DNA from: Patescibacteria group bacterium UBA5738
GTDB lineage: Bacteria; Patescibacteriota; Minisyncoccia; Minisyncoccales; UBA5738
Assembly: GCA_002419295.1 (NCBI GenBank)
Contig: DIFW01000017.1
Span: forward strand, 57,099-121,098
Reading direction: 5' to 3'
Length of the DNA: 64,000 bases
Below the pieces are notes generated by a model. It was not told where the DNA came from. It saw only the letters and a program-made list of their open reading frames with translations, and searched no databases. Of this stretch, positions 30,422 to 40,859 are shown piece after piece; position 1 is the stretch's first letter; each line of letters opens with the position of its first letter. The translations under genes were made by a program, and so were the position numbers.

Positions 30422-30880
30422 TTAAAATTCCGCCAAAAGGCGGCGAGTTTTGGCGCCGGCGATTTCAAAGCTTATCGCCCGCGCGCTTTGAGGTAAAAAT
30501 TCCGCGGCGACTTGCGGCCACTCGATTGCGACGATATTATTTTTGTCGTTTAAAATCTTCTTAATGCCCAATAATTCCAGATCGTCTTCGGCGCCAAGCC
30601 GGTAAAAATCAATGTGATAAAAATTTTCACATCCATTGCCCGGCAGCGAATATTTTTTCAAAATCGTAAAAGTGGGACTGTTGATCGTTTCCTTGATCCC
30701 CAGACCGGCGGCGAACCCTTGGATAAAATTGGTTTTACCCGCGCCCAAATCTCCGAACAACGCCAAAACGCGCGCCGCCGCGCCGGATTTTTCTCCCAGA
30801 ATTTTTCGCGCCAACAATCTCCCCAGCCTTTTGGTTTGGCCGGGCGACTCGGAAATATAAATTTGTTTTTTGTTTTTCAT
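30422..30880 (-). CDS. tsaE: tRNA threonylcarbamoyladenosine biosynthesis protein TsaE
   Basis: P-loop LFGDLGAGKTNFIQG...INSPTFTILKKY...YHIDFYRL is canonical TsaE/YjeE. Start trimmed to MKNKKQ. Confidence 0.75.
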   Translation of the reverse strand: MKNKKQIYISESPGQTKRLGRLLARKILGEKSGAAARVLALFGDLGAGKTNFIQGFAAGLGIKETINSPTFTILKKYSLPGNGCENFYHIDFYRLGAEDDLELLGIKKILNDKNNIVAIEWPQVAAEFLPQSARAISFEIAGAKTRRLLAEF

Positions 30881-30949
30881 CGAAAAATTGACTTTTGCGC
30901 GGGAGTGGGATAATTTGAATAAACCCCCGTTATCCATTCTGTCATATTT

Positions 30950-32278
30950 ATGGCCATAACTCAAAAAATAACTCAAAAAATCGTCCTGCCGCGAGAATTG
31001 ATTGATTCAATGAAAACCGATCTGGTCGGACTGGAAGCGTTTCGCGCGAAAATTGAAGAAATGTTGCGCGATCCGGAAAATACCGTCACTCAAATTATTG
31101 AAATAATTCTGGCGGGCGGCATTATTTTTGATTCTTCAGACATTCATATTGAGGGCCGGGAAAACGACGCCAAATTGAGAATGCGCTTGGACGGCGTTTT
31201 GCAGGATGTGATCTTATTTGACAAAAAAAACTACGACGCGCTAATCTCGCGCGTAAAATTACTTTCGGAAATGAAGCTTAATGTGAGCAACCGCCCCCAA
31301 GACGGCCGTTTTTCCATCGCCGCCGGGGACAATTCCGTGGAAATCCGCGCGTCAATTCTCCCCACCGAGCATGGCGATTCGGTAGTGATGAGAATTTTAA
31401 ATCCCAAAAATCTGATCAATCTGGAAGAAGCCGGATTGCGCAAAGACCTTTATGAGATGTTTCTGGAACAGATTGGACGGCCCAACGGCATGGTTATCGT
31501 CACCGGACCCACCGGATCGGGCAAGACCACCACGCTGTACGCATTTTTAAAAAAATTGCAAAGCCCGGAGGTGAAAATTGTGACCATCGAAGATCCAATT
31601 GAATATCATTTGGAAGGCATTTCCCAAACCCAAGCGGAGCCCGACAAAGGATATGATTTTGTTTCCGGATTGCGCGCTATCGTGCGCCAAGACCCGGATG
31701 TTATTCTGGTAGGTGAAATCCGCGATTTGGAAACCGTGGATATCGCCCTGCAAGCCGCGCTCACCGGCCATTTGGTATTCTCGACCCTGCATACCAACGA
31801 CGCGGTCGGAGCAATCCCCCGCCTGATCAGCTTGGGCGCCAAGCCGTTTAACATCGGTCCGGCGATCAATATGGCCATTGCCCAGCGCCTGGTCCGGCGC
31901 GTATGCCCCGAATGCGCAGTAATGGAATCCCCCTCCGAAGCGGAACTGGCGGAAATCAAGGATGGCTTGTCCGCCGTTATTTCGGAATTGGCCAAAAAGG
32001 GGATAGAAATTCCCGTGCTGGACGAAAACTTCAAAATCCCCCGCGCCAAAGGGTGCAAAAAATGCGCCGATACCGGCTATCGCGGAAGAATCAGCATTTA
32101 TGAAGCGTTTAAAGTGGATGATGAAATCCAATCCTATGTTTTGGGATCGCCCACCGTCCCCGGCATAAAAGAAATCGTGAAAAAGAAGGGAATGCTCACG
32201 CTCTATCAAGACGGACTGATTAAAATCGCGCAAGGCATCACCACATTGGATGAATTAAAAAGAGTGGCTGAAAAATAA
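30950..32278 (+). CDS. GspE/PilB-family secretion ATPase (type IV pilus assembly ATPase-like)
   Basis: 442 aa. Walker A VTGPTGSGKTTTLYA, Asp/His boxes (GEIRDLET, LVFSTLHTND) and a tetracysteine C.EC...C.KC motif of the PilB type. Confidence 0.8.
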   Translation: MAITQKITQKIVLPRELIDSMKTDLVGLEAFRAKIEEMLRDPENTVTQIIEIILAGGIIFDSSDIHIEGRENDAKLRMRLDGVLQDVILFDKKNYDALISRVKLLSEMKLNVSNRPQDGRFSIAAGDNSVEIRASILPTEHGDSVVMRILNPKNLINLEEAGLRKDLYEMFLEQIGRPNGMVIVTGPTGSGKTTTLYAFLKKLQSPEVKIVTIEDPIEYHLEGISQTQAEPDKGYDFVSGLRAIVRQDPDVILVGEIRDLETVDIALQAALTGHLVFSTLHTNDAVGAIPRLISLGAKPFNIGPAINMAIAQRLVRRVCPECAVMESPSEAELAEIKDGLSAVISELAKKGIEIPVLDENFKIPRAKGCKKCADTGYRGRISIYEAFKVDDEIQSYVLGSPTVPGIKEIVKKKGMLTLYQDGLIKIAQGITTLDELKRVAEK

Positions 32279-32288
32279 TGGAAAATTT

Positions 32289-32410
32289 AAATATCAAAAT
32301 GGAAAATTTTGGAGTTAAAATTTAGCTTTACCAAATTTTAACGATATATAATATCCTTAATTTTAATTTTTCCCGCCAAAGGACGGATGCGCCTCGTGCG
32401 TAGATTTTTA
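32289..32410 (+). repeat. Intergenic repeat, copy B (same two conserved blocks as 10869..10995)
   Basis: aaatatcaaaatggaaaat at 32289, ttcccgccaaaggacggATGcgcct at 32369 and agattttt at 32401. The embedded ATG opens a 29-codon ORF, MRLVRRFLHF.... Confidence 0.6.
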
Positions 32411-32831
32411 CATTTTAAATTTCAATTAAAAAATCCCGGGATCGGGAGTCAAATTGGTTCTGCGCCCAATTTTTAGAATTTCCCGAGGTATACCCCAGCC
32501 GCAGCCAGGATACCCATCGTAAAAAATTCCAGACTCCCAATCTCGAGATTCTCGTTTTTGCCGTTGCTCTCGCAAAACGGCGCGTTTTCTATTACCTGTG
32601 CATTATAGTATATTTGGTTTTTCTTGTCAAGCCCCCATTACAAAAATCACGGAACAAGAAAGAGTTGACTAAACAGGGTTTTTGGTATAGTGTGAAAGCA
32701 CAGGACGCAAAAGATGATTTTGCGATGATTTTTTGTGTCGAATTAACAAATTAAAGTCCGACTGCCGGAATTTGAACGCCCGAGATCATCGTTTCAAATT
32801 TTGCGCTTCGCGCTTTGAGCTTATCATTTCA

Positions 32832-33566
32832 ATGTCAGGACATTCTCACGCCAAAACCATCGCCCATGCCAAAGGCATCGCCGACCAAAAACGCGGCGCC
32901 GCGTTTTCCAAAATGGTGCGCCTCATCACCGTCGCCGTAAAAGACGGCGGCGCCAATCCCGAAACCAACGCCCGCCTGCGCATGGCGCTGGACCAAGCCA
33001 AGGGTATTAATATGCCCAAGGACAACATTGAACGCGCGATCGCCCGCGCCACCGGCGCCGGCGAGGGGCAAATATTTTCGGAATTTTTGTTCGAAGGTTA
33101 CGGCCCCGGCAATGTCGCGCTTTTAATTGAAGGAATCACCGACAACAAGAACCGCGCCGTTAACGATGTGAAAACCATTCTAAACCAAAACAACGGCAAG
33201 ATTGTGGGCGAAGGCGCCATCCGCTGGATGTTTGAGCGCAAAGGAATGGTAATTGTCAAAGTGGAAGACCAAGCGTCGGAAAAACAAACCAAAGAAAATT
33301 TGGAAATGGAAGCGATTGAAGCCGGCGCCGAAGATATTTATTGGTTTGAAAATGTCTTGGAAATACGCACCGCGCCCGAAAACGCCGAAGCGGTGAAAAA
33401 GGCGCTGGAAGGAAAAGGCGTCAAGGTGGAGTCATTTTCCCTGTCGTGGCTACCCAAAGAAGAAATTGAAGGCGACGAAAAAATTAAGGAGCAAAACGAA
33501 AAACTGATAGAAAAATTAACCGACAACGATTCGGTACAGGAAGTCTATTCCAATTTAAAAGATTAA
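32832..33566 (+). CDS. yebC: YebC/PmpR family DNA-binding regulatory protein
   Basis: MSGHSHAKTIAHAKGIADQKRGAAFSKMVRLITVAVKDGGANPETNARLR is a canonical YebC N-terminus. Start trimmed. Confidence 0.85.
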   Translation: MSGHSHAKTIAHAKGIADQKRGAAFSKMVRLITVAVKDGGANPETNARLRMALDQAKGINMPKDNIERAIARATGAGEGQIFSEFLFEGYGPGNVALLIEGITDNKNRAVNDVKTILNQNNGKIVGEGAIRWMFERKGMVIVKVEDQASEKQTKENLEMEAIEAGAEDIYWFENVLEIRTAPENAEAVKKALEGKGVKVESFSLSWLPKEEIEGDEKIKEQNEKLIEKLTDNDSVQEVYSNLKD

Positions 33567-33618
33567 AAATAAACATTGAGCTTAACCCTTATTAAGCTTT
33601 GACAAAAAACATCAAAAA

Positions 33619-33645
33619 GCTCCGCGCTAGCGGAGTTTTTTTGGT
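33619..33645 (+). terminator. Rho-independent terminator after yebC
   Basis: GCTCCGC-GCTA-GCGGAG hairpin followed by a T8 run. Confidence 0.7.
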
Positions 33646-33767
33646 ATTTGCATTTTTCTATGCAATCGCCCACATTTGATTAACCGCAAAGGGCGCGCAC
33701 CCACAGATGCAAATCAAAATTGAGGTTGTTGAGGTTTGACCTCAACACAAGATAAAAAATAGCAGAG

Positions 33768-34076
33768 TTAAAGTTGCGATACTATTCGCAAATACTCTGC
33801 TACGATAATACTTTGCAATAACTGCGGAGTTATTCCGAAATTGCTTGCAAAAGAAACGAACACTGGATCATTCAACCTGTGTGCGGCAGTAATTTGGGGC
33901 AAGGTATAATTAACAAAACCTGCCCCGCATGTAGTAACCACCAAGCAACTACTTTTATCGGGGCTTATCACATATTCAATGCTATTTTCCCCACCATCCG
34001 CATTAGTAAAGGTGGTAATATCTACTACTACTTTTACCATCAAATCACCATAATAATTTTGCCATATTTTTAACAT
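33768..34076 (-). CDS. Hypothetical protein
   Basis: About 103 aa from MLKIWQNYYGD.... No recognisable motif. Local A/T-richer composition. Confidence 0.25.
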   Translation of the reverse strand: MLKIWQNYYGDLMVKVVVDITTFTNADGGENSIEYVISPDKSSCLVVTTCGAGFVNYTLPQITAAHRLNDPVFVSFASNFGITPQLLQSIIVAEYLRIVSQL

Positions 34077-34204
34077 TTTGTCAAGATGGCTATCTGTGCG
34101 GCGCAAGCGTATAATGAATAATAAAATCAAAATACGAATTTCAGTTTGCAGGGGTCGCACCCCTGCGATTACGCAGGGGAACGACCCCCAAAATTCAATA
34201 ATTT

Positions 34205-34690
34205 ATGATAATTTTAGGTATTGACCCCGGGTTGGCAACCACCGGATTTGGGGTGGTATGTCCCATTAAAACCGGCGCGTCCAAACTCAAGTGCGTGGGA
34301 TATGGCACGATTGATACCGCGCCGGATATGATTTTGCCCGAGCGGTTGAAAAAGATACACAATGATTTGGGCCGGGTGATCACGCAATACCAACCCAAGG
34401 CTTTGGTGATGGAAAATGTTTTCTTTTTCAAGAACGCCAAAACCATTGTGCCGGTTTGCCAGGCCCAAGGAGTTATTTTGCTCGCCGCGGCCAAAAAGGG
34501 CCTGCCGGTTTACCGCTACACCCCCATCGAAGTCAAAATGACCATCACCGGGTTTGTGAAAAGCGACAAAAAAGATGTTCAATGCGAAATTCGCAAAATC
34601 TTGCGGCTGGAAGAAATTCCCAAGCCCGACGACGCGGCCGACGCGCTCTCAATCGCGGCGACATATCTTATTCGCAGTTTAAATTTGTAA
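34205..34690 (+). CDS. ruvC: Holliday junction resolvase RuvC
   Basis: MIILGIDPGLATTGFGVV...VMENVFFFKN...PDDAADALSIA is the canonical RuvC pattern. Confidence 0.85.
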   Translation: MIILGIDPGLATTGFGVVCPIKTGASKLKCVGYGTIDTAPDMILPERLKKIHNDLGRVITQYQPKALVMENVFFFKNAKTIVPVCQAQGVILLAAAKKGLPVYRYTPIEVKMTITGFVKSDKKDVQCEIRKILRLEEIPKPDDAADALSIAATYLIRSLNL

Positions 34691-34791
34691 ATTTAAACTG
34701 CGATTTTCAATTTATCAAAACAAAAAACCGTTGAAATCAAATTTCAACAGCTTTTTCAATGGGTTTCCAACAGATTTATCAATATGTTATC

Positions 34792-34905
34792 CACAACTCG
34801 CAAAATTCAATAAAATGTTTTTGCGGAACCCTGCGAGCGCGACGGCGCGAACACGAGGAATTTTTCTGCAGAAAAATATCCGTGTTCCGCAAAAACATTT
34901 TATTG
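34792..34905. repeat. Perfect 30-bp inverted repeat (gcaaaattcaataaaatgtttttgcggaac / gttccgcaaaaacattttattgaattttgc) with a 54-nt spacer
   Basis: Both arms read directly from the sequence at 34792..34821 and 34876..34905. They lie between convergent ruvC and tyrS. Confidence 0.8.
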
Positions 34906-34926
34906 AATTTTGCACCGCCGAACAAC

Positions 34927-36126
34927 TTATGCAACCTTGTAGAATTTTGATTTGCCAATTTGGACAACCATACCCGGCTTAATTTCAATCATTTCTTGCC
35001 AATCGGTTTTTAATTCACCGCCTACCTTAACTCCGCCTTGTTCGCACAACCGCCGCGCTTCCCCCTTTGATTTTGCCGCACTCAGCGCCACCAGCAAATC
35101 GGGAAGATTGAGAAAATTTTCTTTGACGGCAACCGTTGGAATGGTGGTCGGCAATTTGCCCTCCTGCGCCACCCGGACGAATTCTTCTTTGGCGCCATCC
35201 GCCTGTTTTTTGTCATAAAATATGGCCACGATCCGATGCGCCAAATCCATTTTAACATCCCGCGGGTGAACAATTTCTTTTTCCGTTTTTAACTTCAATT
35301 CGGCAATCTCCGTTTGCGGCGCGTCGGTCAGCAATTCAAAATAATTCCACATCAAACGATCGGAAACCGCCATAACTTGAGTAAACATTTTCGCCGGCTC
35401 TTCATTGATGCGAATATAATTATTCACCGATTTGCTCATTTTTTTAACCCCATCGGTACCAATCAGCAAAGGCACGGTCATCACATCTTGTTCGGGACGG
35501 CCGAACGCTCTCTGGACTTTGCGGCCAAACAACAAATTAAGCCGCTGGTCATAGCCGCCCAATTCGATATCGGCAGAAACCGCCACCGAATCATAACCCT
35601 GCAAGAGCGGATACAAAAGCTCCAGCATGCTCACATCCAAACCTTCTTTCAGGCGCTTTTGGAAATCTTCGCGCTCAATCAAGCGCGCCACGGTAAAACG
35701 GCCCGCCAAATCCATCAAAAACGACATCGGCTTTTGACCAAACCACTCTCGATTGTAATGTATCTCGGCTTTATCAATATCAATCACCTTCGAGGCTTGC
35801 CGAATATAATCTTTCATGTTATCCCGAATTTGCGCCTCGGTCAGGGCGGGCCGCGAAGTCGTCCGGCCCGAAGGATCGCCGATGAGCGTTGTGAAATCGC
35901 CGATTATCAATACCGCGGTATGCCCCAATTCCTGGAATTGCGCGAGTTTGCGCATCGCTACCGAATGGCCAAGATGAATGTCGGCCGCGGTGGGATCGAT
36001 GCCGAATTTAACGCGCAACCGTTTTCCCGAGGAAAGTTTTTTGGCCAGAGAATCTTTATCGATCGCCTCCTCCACTCCGCGCGCCAATATTTCTTTAATT
36101 TTTTCCGAATCGGTGTTTATCTCCAT
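34927..36126 (-). CDS. tyrS: Tyrosyl-tRNA synthetase
   Basis: HIGH-type ADIHLGH, KMSKS, and a C-terminal S4-like domain (ARRLCEQGGVKVGGE). Confidence 0.9.
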   Translation of the reverse strand: MEINTDSEKIKEILARGVEEAIDKDSLAKKLSSGKRLRVKFGIDPTAADIHLGHSVAMRKLAQFQELGHTAVLIIGDFTTLIGDPSGRTTSRPALTEAQIRDNMKDYIRQASKVIDIDKAEIHYNREWFGQKPMSFLMDLAGRFTVARLIEREDFQKRLKEGLDVSMLELLYPLLQGYDSVAVSADIELGGYDQRLNLLFGRKVQRAFGRPEQDVMTVPLLIGTDGVKKMSKSVNNYIRINEEPAKMFTQVMAVSDRLMWNYFELLTDAPQTEIAELKLKTEKEIVHPRDVKMDLAHRIVAIFYDKKQADGAKEEFVRVAQEGKLPTTIPTVAVKENFLNLPDLLVALSAAKSKGEARRLCEQGGVKVGGELKTDWQEMIEIKPGMVVQIGKSKFYKVA

Positions 36127-36182
36127 ATGGTTTTATTCTACAATAATAAATTCAGATAACAAATAATCGATAAAATTTCAAT

Positions 36183-38123
36183 ATGGCAATCAAATTCATC
36201 AATTTTAAAAAACAGCGCGCCGGCGGAAGGAAATTCGCGCAAATTTTGGGAAAAATTTTAGCGGCGGGCATTGTTTTGGTATTGGCCGGCGCGGTATTGG
36301 CCGGCATGGTTTTCATTTATTACACGCGCGACTTGCCGCGTCCGGAAAAATTTTCGGAAAAAACCACCATCCAATCAACAAAAATATACGACAGGACAAA
36401 AACATTCCTTCTTTATGAAATCTATGGCGAAGAAAAACGAAACTGGGTCACTTTCAGTGAGATTCCCGAACCAATGAAAAAAATGGCCGTGGCCGCCGAA
36501 GACAAAAATTTTTATAAAAACAATATTGGTATTGATATCGAGGGCATCACCCGTTCGTTTTTGAATTATTTTAAAACCGGCAAAATTACCGGCGGATCGA
36601 CAATCCCACAACAATTGATCCGCTCCACATTTCTCACCAACGAAAAAACCGCGGAAAGAAAAATCAGGGAAATTATTATGGCAATCGAGTTAACGCGCCG
36701 CTACTCAAAAGATGAAGTTTTGGAGTGGTATTTAAATCAAGTCCCTTTTGGCCAAAACACTTACGGCGTGGGCGCGGCCAGTATCAATTATTTCAAAAAA
36801 CGCGTCAACGAACTTGATTTAGCCCAACAAGCCACCTTAATATCTTTAATTCAATCACCATCCTACTATCCCAATCATTTCGATGAATTAATGAATAGAA
36901 AAAATTATGTCTTAAACCGGATGGTTGAGGATGGGTATTTAACTCCCGAAGAATCCGAAGACGCCAAAAAAATAGAAGTGAAATTTGAAGAGAAAAAAAC
37001 AGAAATGAAAGCGCCGTATTTCACCCTCTGGGTGAAACAATCCATGGAACAAGAATACGGAAAACAATATCTTGAAGAGGCCGGACTCACGGTAATCACC
37101 TCGCTTGATTGGGAAATGCAACAAACCGCCGAAGCTACGGTTCGCGACGGAGTAAGAGCCAATTACGCCAATTACGCCCATAACGCGGCGTTGGTGGCGC
37201 TTGACCCCAAGACCGGCCAAGTATTGGCAATGACAGTGGGAAGCGGTAATTATTATGACGATCCCTATCCAAAAGGATGCAATCCGGGAATTGATTGTTT
37301 ATTTGATCCCCAATATAATGTCGCGACAATGGCCCCGGGCCGGCAACCAGGATCATCGTTTAAGCCGTTTGTTTACGCCACCGCTTTTGAAAAAGGATAT
37401 TCCGACACCAGTATTGTCAACGACACGCCAACATGTTTTGGCAAATGGGGAGGTGAAAACTATTGCCCCAGAAATTATACCGGAACATTTCAAGGCCCGG
37501 TAACATTAAGAAAAGCGCTTGCCGGATCTCTAAATGTTCCCGCGGTACAAGTATTGAATTCAATGGCGGGATTAAGCGACAGCATCGCCAAAGCTAAAGA
37601 AATGGGAATCAGCACCCTTAACAACCCGTCATCCTTCTATGGCCTTGCTTTGGTTTTGGGAGGCGGTGAAACCACTTTAATAGATATGGTATCGGCCTAT
37701 GGCGTTTTCGCCGCGCAAGGACAGCGTATACCGGCAAACGGGATAGTTGACATTTTGGACAGCAATGGCTTTTCAATTTACAAAAACAACCAATCACCCC
37801 AAAAAGTTTTAAGCCGCCGCAGTGCCAATTTGATTAGCAGTATCCTTTCAGATAACAATGCCCGCGCTTATATTTTTGGCGCCAACTCGCCGCTTTATTT
37901 TCCAAATTACGAAGTGGCGGTCAAAACCGGCACAACCAGCGATTATAAAGACGGCTGGATTATCGGCTACACCCCCTCTGTCGCCGCCGGAGTTTGGGCG
38001 GGAAACAATAATAATGAGGCGATAAAAAAAGAACCGGGTTCGGTGGTCGCCGGTCCAATATTCCATTCTTTTATGGAAAAAATCCTTCCTAAATACCCAA
38101 AAGAATATTTCCCCGCACCATAA
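36183..38123 (+). CDS. Class A penicillin-binding protein (bifunctional transglycosylase/transpeptidase, PBP1A-like)
   Basis: 646 aa. N-terminal TM helix, GT51 motifs (AAEDKNFY, GGSTIPQQL), then a transpeptidase domain (SSFKPF, KTGT). Confidence 0.85.
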   Translation: MAIKFINFKKQRAGGRKFAQILGKILAAGIVLVLAGAVLAGMVFIYYTRDLPRPEKFSEKTTIQSTKIYDRTKTFLLYEIYGEEKRNWVTFSEIPEPMKKMAVAAEDKNFYKNNIGIDIEGITRSFLNYFKTGKITGGSTIPQQLIRSTFLTNEKTAERKIREIIMAIELTRRYSKDEVLEWYLNQVPFGQNTYGVGAASINYFKKRVNELDLAQQATLISLIQSPSYYPNHFDELMNRKNYVLNRMVEDGYLTPEESEDAKKIEVKFEEKKTEMKAPYFTLWVKQSMEQEYGKQYLEEAGLTVITSLDWEMQQTAEATVRDGVRANYANYAHNAALVALDPKTGQVLAMTVGSGNYYDDPYPKGCNPGIDCLFDPQYNVATMAPGRQPGSSFKPFVYATAFEKGYSDTSIVNDTPTCFGKWGGENYCPRNYTGTFQGPVTLRKALAGSLNVPAVQVLNSMAGLSDSIAKAKEMGISTLNNPSSFYGLALVLGGGETTLIDMVSAYGVFAAQGQRIPANGIVDILDSNGFSIYKNNQSPQKVLSRRSANLISSILSDNNARAYIFGANSPLYFPNYEVAVKTGTTSDYKDGWIIGYTPSVAAGVWAGNNNNEAIKKEPGSVVAGPIFHSFMEKILPKYPKEYFPAP

Positions 38124-38130
38124 AAAACAA

Positions 38131-39267
38131 TCAATATTTTTTAATCGGCATTATAATATAAATAAAATCGGTTTCATTGTTGAATTTCAACAACCCCGGC
38201 CCGTCATCTCCAGAAAATTCAAAAATACATTCATCGTTTTTTAAGGCGGATAATCCGTCAATTAAAAAACGGCAATTAAAAACAATCGACATATCTTTTC
38301 CGGACGCGGAATTTATTTTTAATTCACCCTCATATTCCCCCAGCTCCGCGGAGTGGCTTGAAATTTTTATTGATTTATTTTTAATTGAAACATTAAAAAC
38401 CACCTCGCTGTTTTTTCCCGCAAAAATACCCGCGGGTTTTAAATGTCCCATTATTTCTTTTTTGGAAAATTCCGCCGATGCCGCGTATGAAGCGGGAATT
38501 ATCGCCTGATAATCGGGAAAATCACCATCGATAAGCCGGCTAAAAAACCGGATTCGCGGCTCGTCAATATCCGCGCCATTAAACAAATCTATTGTTATTT
38601 GATTACCAGATAAATATATGTTTATATTTTTTGAAATATCTCCGAATATCGCGATAATTTCGCGCGCCGCCCTTGCGGGCAAAGTTATTGCGTAATCTTT
38701 GGAAATTTTATTTGACGCGGTAATGGGAATAGTTTTTTCTCCCAACCGAAAACTGTCAGTGGCGACAAATTTTATTTTATTGGCGCCAACAACCATATAA
38801 ACCCCGTTAATTTCCGGTTTCACCGAAGAAACTCCGGTAAAACCAACAACACAAGACAACGCTTGGCAAAACAAATCCGCGCGAACGCTAAAAAAATCAC
38901 CATCACCAATAAAGGGAATCACGGGAAATTCTTCCGCGGATAACCCGTTTAAATTTGTTTTTGTTTTTCCGTCAATAATGGAAATGGAATTTTTTTGGGT
39001 TTCAATTGTTAGTGTTGGTCCGGGAAGCGATCCTATTAAACTTGATAAAGTTTGAGTTGGTAAAACAATCGCGCCATCCTCTTCAACTTTAGCAAGAGTT
39101 TCCCATAGCACCCCTGTTTCCAGATTGGTCGCGGCAATACCCATTGAATTATTTTCAACTTTTAACATAATATTTCCCAATATGGGTAATGTTAAATCTT
39201 TTCCTGTAACTTTTTCAACATAAGAAATCGCTTTTTTGAGTTTTTCTTGTAAAATTTTAACTTTCAT
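38131..39267 (-). CDS. dnaN: DNA polymerase III beta sliding clamp
   Basis: 378 aa. MKVKILQEKLKKAISYVEKV...LTLPILGNIMLKV... has a three-domain clamp profile. Immediately downstream of dnaA. Confidence 0.85.
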   Translation of the reverse strand: MKVKILQEKLKKAISYVEKVTGKDLTLPILGNIMLKVENNSMGIAATNLETGVLWETLAKVEEDGAIVLPTQTLSSLIGSLPGPTLTIETQKNSISIIDGKTKTNLNGLSAEEFPVIPFIGDGDFFSVRADLFCQALSCVVGFTGVSSVKPEINGVYMVVGANKIKFVATDSFRLGEKTIPITASNKISKDYAITLPARAAREIIAIFGDISKNINIYLSGNQITIDLFNGADIDEPRIRFFSRLIDGDFPDYQAIIPASYAASAEFSKKEIMGHLKPAGIFAGKNSEVVFNVSIKNKSIKISSHSAELGEYEGELKINSASGKDMSIVFNCRFLIDGLSALKNDECIFEFSGDDGPGLLKFNNETDFIYIIMPIKKY

Positions 39268-39500
39268 TTTTTTATTGTTATTTTTTAATTTAATTAAATT
39301 TTAAAATAGTATTATTAGTTTGTGTGGATAAATTAATTTTTTAATCATAATCACCTTTAATTTTTACGATTTCTAATATGTTAATTTGTTTGTGGATATT
39401 TTTGTTGAAAAACATAACTCGTTTTTTAGTTGTTTATAATTAACATAATATTACCATTTTTTCCTGCGCCAAATAACAACTTATCCACACACAACACAAA
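39268..39500. other. Probable oriC (dnaA-dnaN intergenic region, AT-rich, DnaA boxes)
   Basis: TGTGGATAA at 39323..39331, TGTGGATAT at 39392..39400 and TTATCCACA at 39481..39489, in a very AT-rich 233-nt spacer. Confidence 0.65.
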
Positions 39501-40859
39501 TTAAGAATTGTAAATTTTATTTTTTAATAATTTTATTTCCTCGCAAAAATCATCATCATTTTTCATTTTTAAAGATATTTTTTTATAGGCGTGCATTACC
39601 GTGGTGTGATCTTTATTTCCTATTTTTCTGCCAATAAATGGAAAAGAAGCGTTAATTTCATTTCTTAAAAGATACATCACCACTTGGCGAGGCGTAACAA
39701 TTTCTTTTTTGCGCGAGTTCGATAATATTTCTTTTTCTTTTAAATCGTAAAAATTGGCGGTTTCTTGGATTATTTTTTTAAAATTAATTATTTTCTTCGG
39801 GTTTATGGACGACAAAACCTCTCGGCACATTTCAGGAGTGGTGGTTGTGTTTTTAAGTTTTGAGTGCGCGGCGATTTTAATTAACGCGCCCTCAAGTTCC
39901 CGCACATTGTTTTGGATTGTTTCGGCGATTGCCGATAATATTTGGTCTGAAAAAGAAAGTTTCAGATATTGGCATTTTTCTTTTAAAATTGCCATTCTGG
40001 TTTCAAAGTCGGGCAAGCTGATGTCGGCGATCATTCCTCCTTCAAAACGGGACCGCAAGCGATCGGAAAGCTCGGTGATGGCTTTTGGTGGACGATCGGA
40101 GGATAAAACTATTTGCAGGTTTTTGTTGTGGAGGGTGTTGAATATGTAAAAAAATTCATCTTGAGTTTTTTCTTTTCCGGAAATAAATTGAATATCGTCA
40201 ATGATAAAAACCGCGGTATTGAGATATTTGGCGCGCAAATCTTCAATTGTGCCGCCGCGGATGGCATTAATAATTTCCGTGGTAAGTTTTTCCGTTGGAA
40301 CATATTTAACTTTTTTATCCGGGAATTTGTTGGCGACCTCGTTGCCGATTGCTTGCAGTAGGTGCGTTTTTCCCAAACCGACGCCGCCGTAAAGAAAAAG
40401 AGGGTTGTAGGTTTGTCCCGGTTTTTCCGCCGCCGCGCGCGCGGCGGCGTGTGCCAGCTCGTTATGCGGACCCACAACAAAACAATCAAATTGGTATTTC
40501 GGGTTGAGGTTTGTGTTTTTATTGAATGAAAATTCTTCAAAACCCAGCTGTCCCCCGATTTGAGGATTGCGGCGGGATAGATTTTTGTTTTTTATTGACG
40601 GGTCGGGTGCGATTTGCACCACCTTGAAAAACACTTCTCTGATTGATGTATCAAACTCTCTTAAAAACGCAATCATTTGTTTGCGGTATTTTTGTTCCAG
40701 CCACTCTTTTGCCAGACAATTGGGCACGGCGACAACCGCCTCCCCGTTTTCAATTGAAATGATCATGGTTGATTTAAACCATGTGGCGAAAATCGCCGGA
40801 GAAACGCTTAATTGTATTTGGGCCAGTATCGATCGCCAGATTACTTCATTGTTGATCAT
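39501..40859 (-). CDS. dnaA: Chromosomal replication initiator DnaA
   Basis: 452 aa. AAA+ Walker A GGVGLGKTHLLQAIGNE, box VII, and a C-terminal DNA-binding domain. Confidence 0.9.
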   Translation of the reverse strand: MINNEVIWRSILAQIQLSVSPAIFATWFKSTMIISIENGEAVVAVPNCLAKEWLEQKYRKQMIAFLREFDTSIREVFFKVVQIAPDPSIKNKNLSRRNPQIGGQLGFEEFSFNKNTNLNPKYQFDCFVVGPHNELAHAAARAAAEKPGQTYNPLFLYGGVGLGKTHLLQAIGNEVANKFPDKKVKYVPTEKLTTEIINAIRGGTIEDLRAKYLNTAVFIIDDIQFISGKEKTQDEFFYIFNTLHNKNLQIVLSSDRPPKAITELSDRLRSRFEGGMIADISLPDFETRMAILKEKCQYLKLSFSDQILSAIAETIQNNVRELEGALIKIAAHSKLKNTTTTPEMCREVLSSINPKKIINFKKIIQETANFYDLKEKEILSNSRKKEIVTPRQVVMYLLRNEINASFPFIGRKIGNKDHTTVMHAYKKISLKMKNDDDFCEEIKLLKNKIYNS

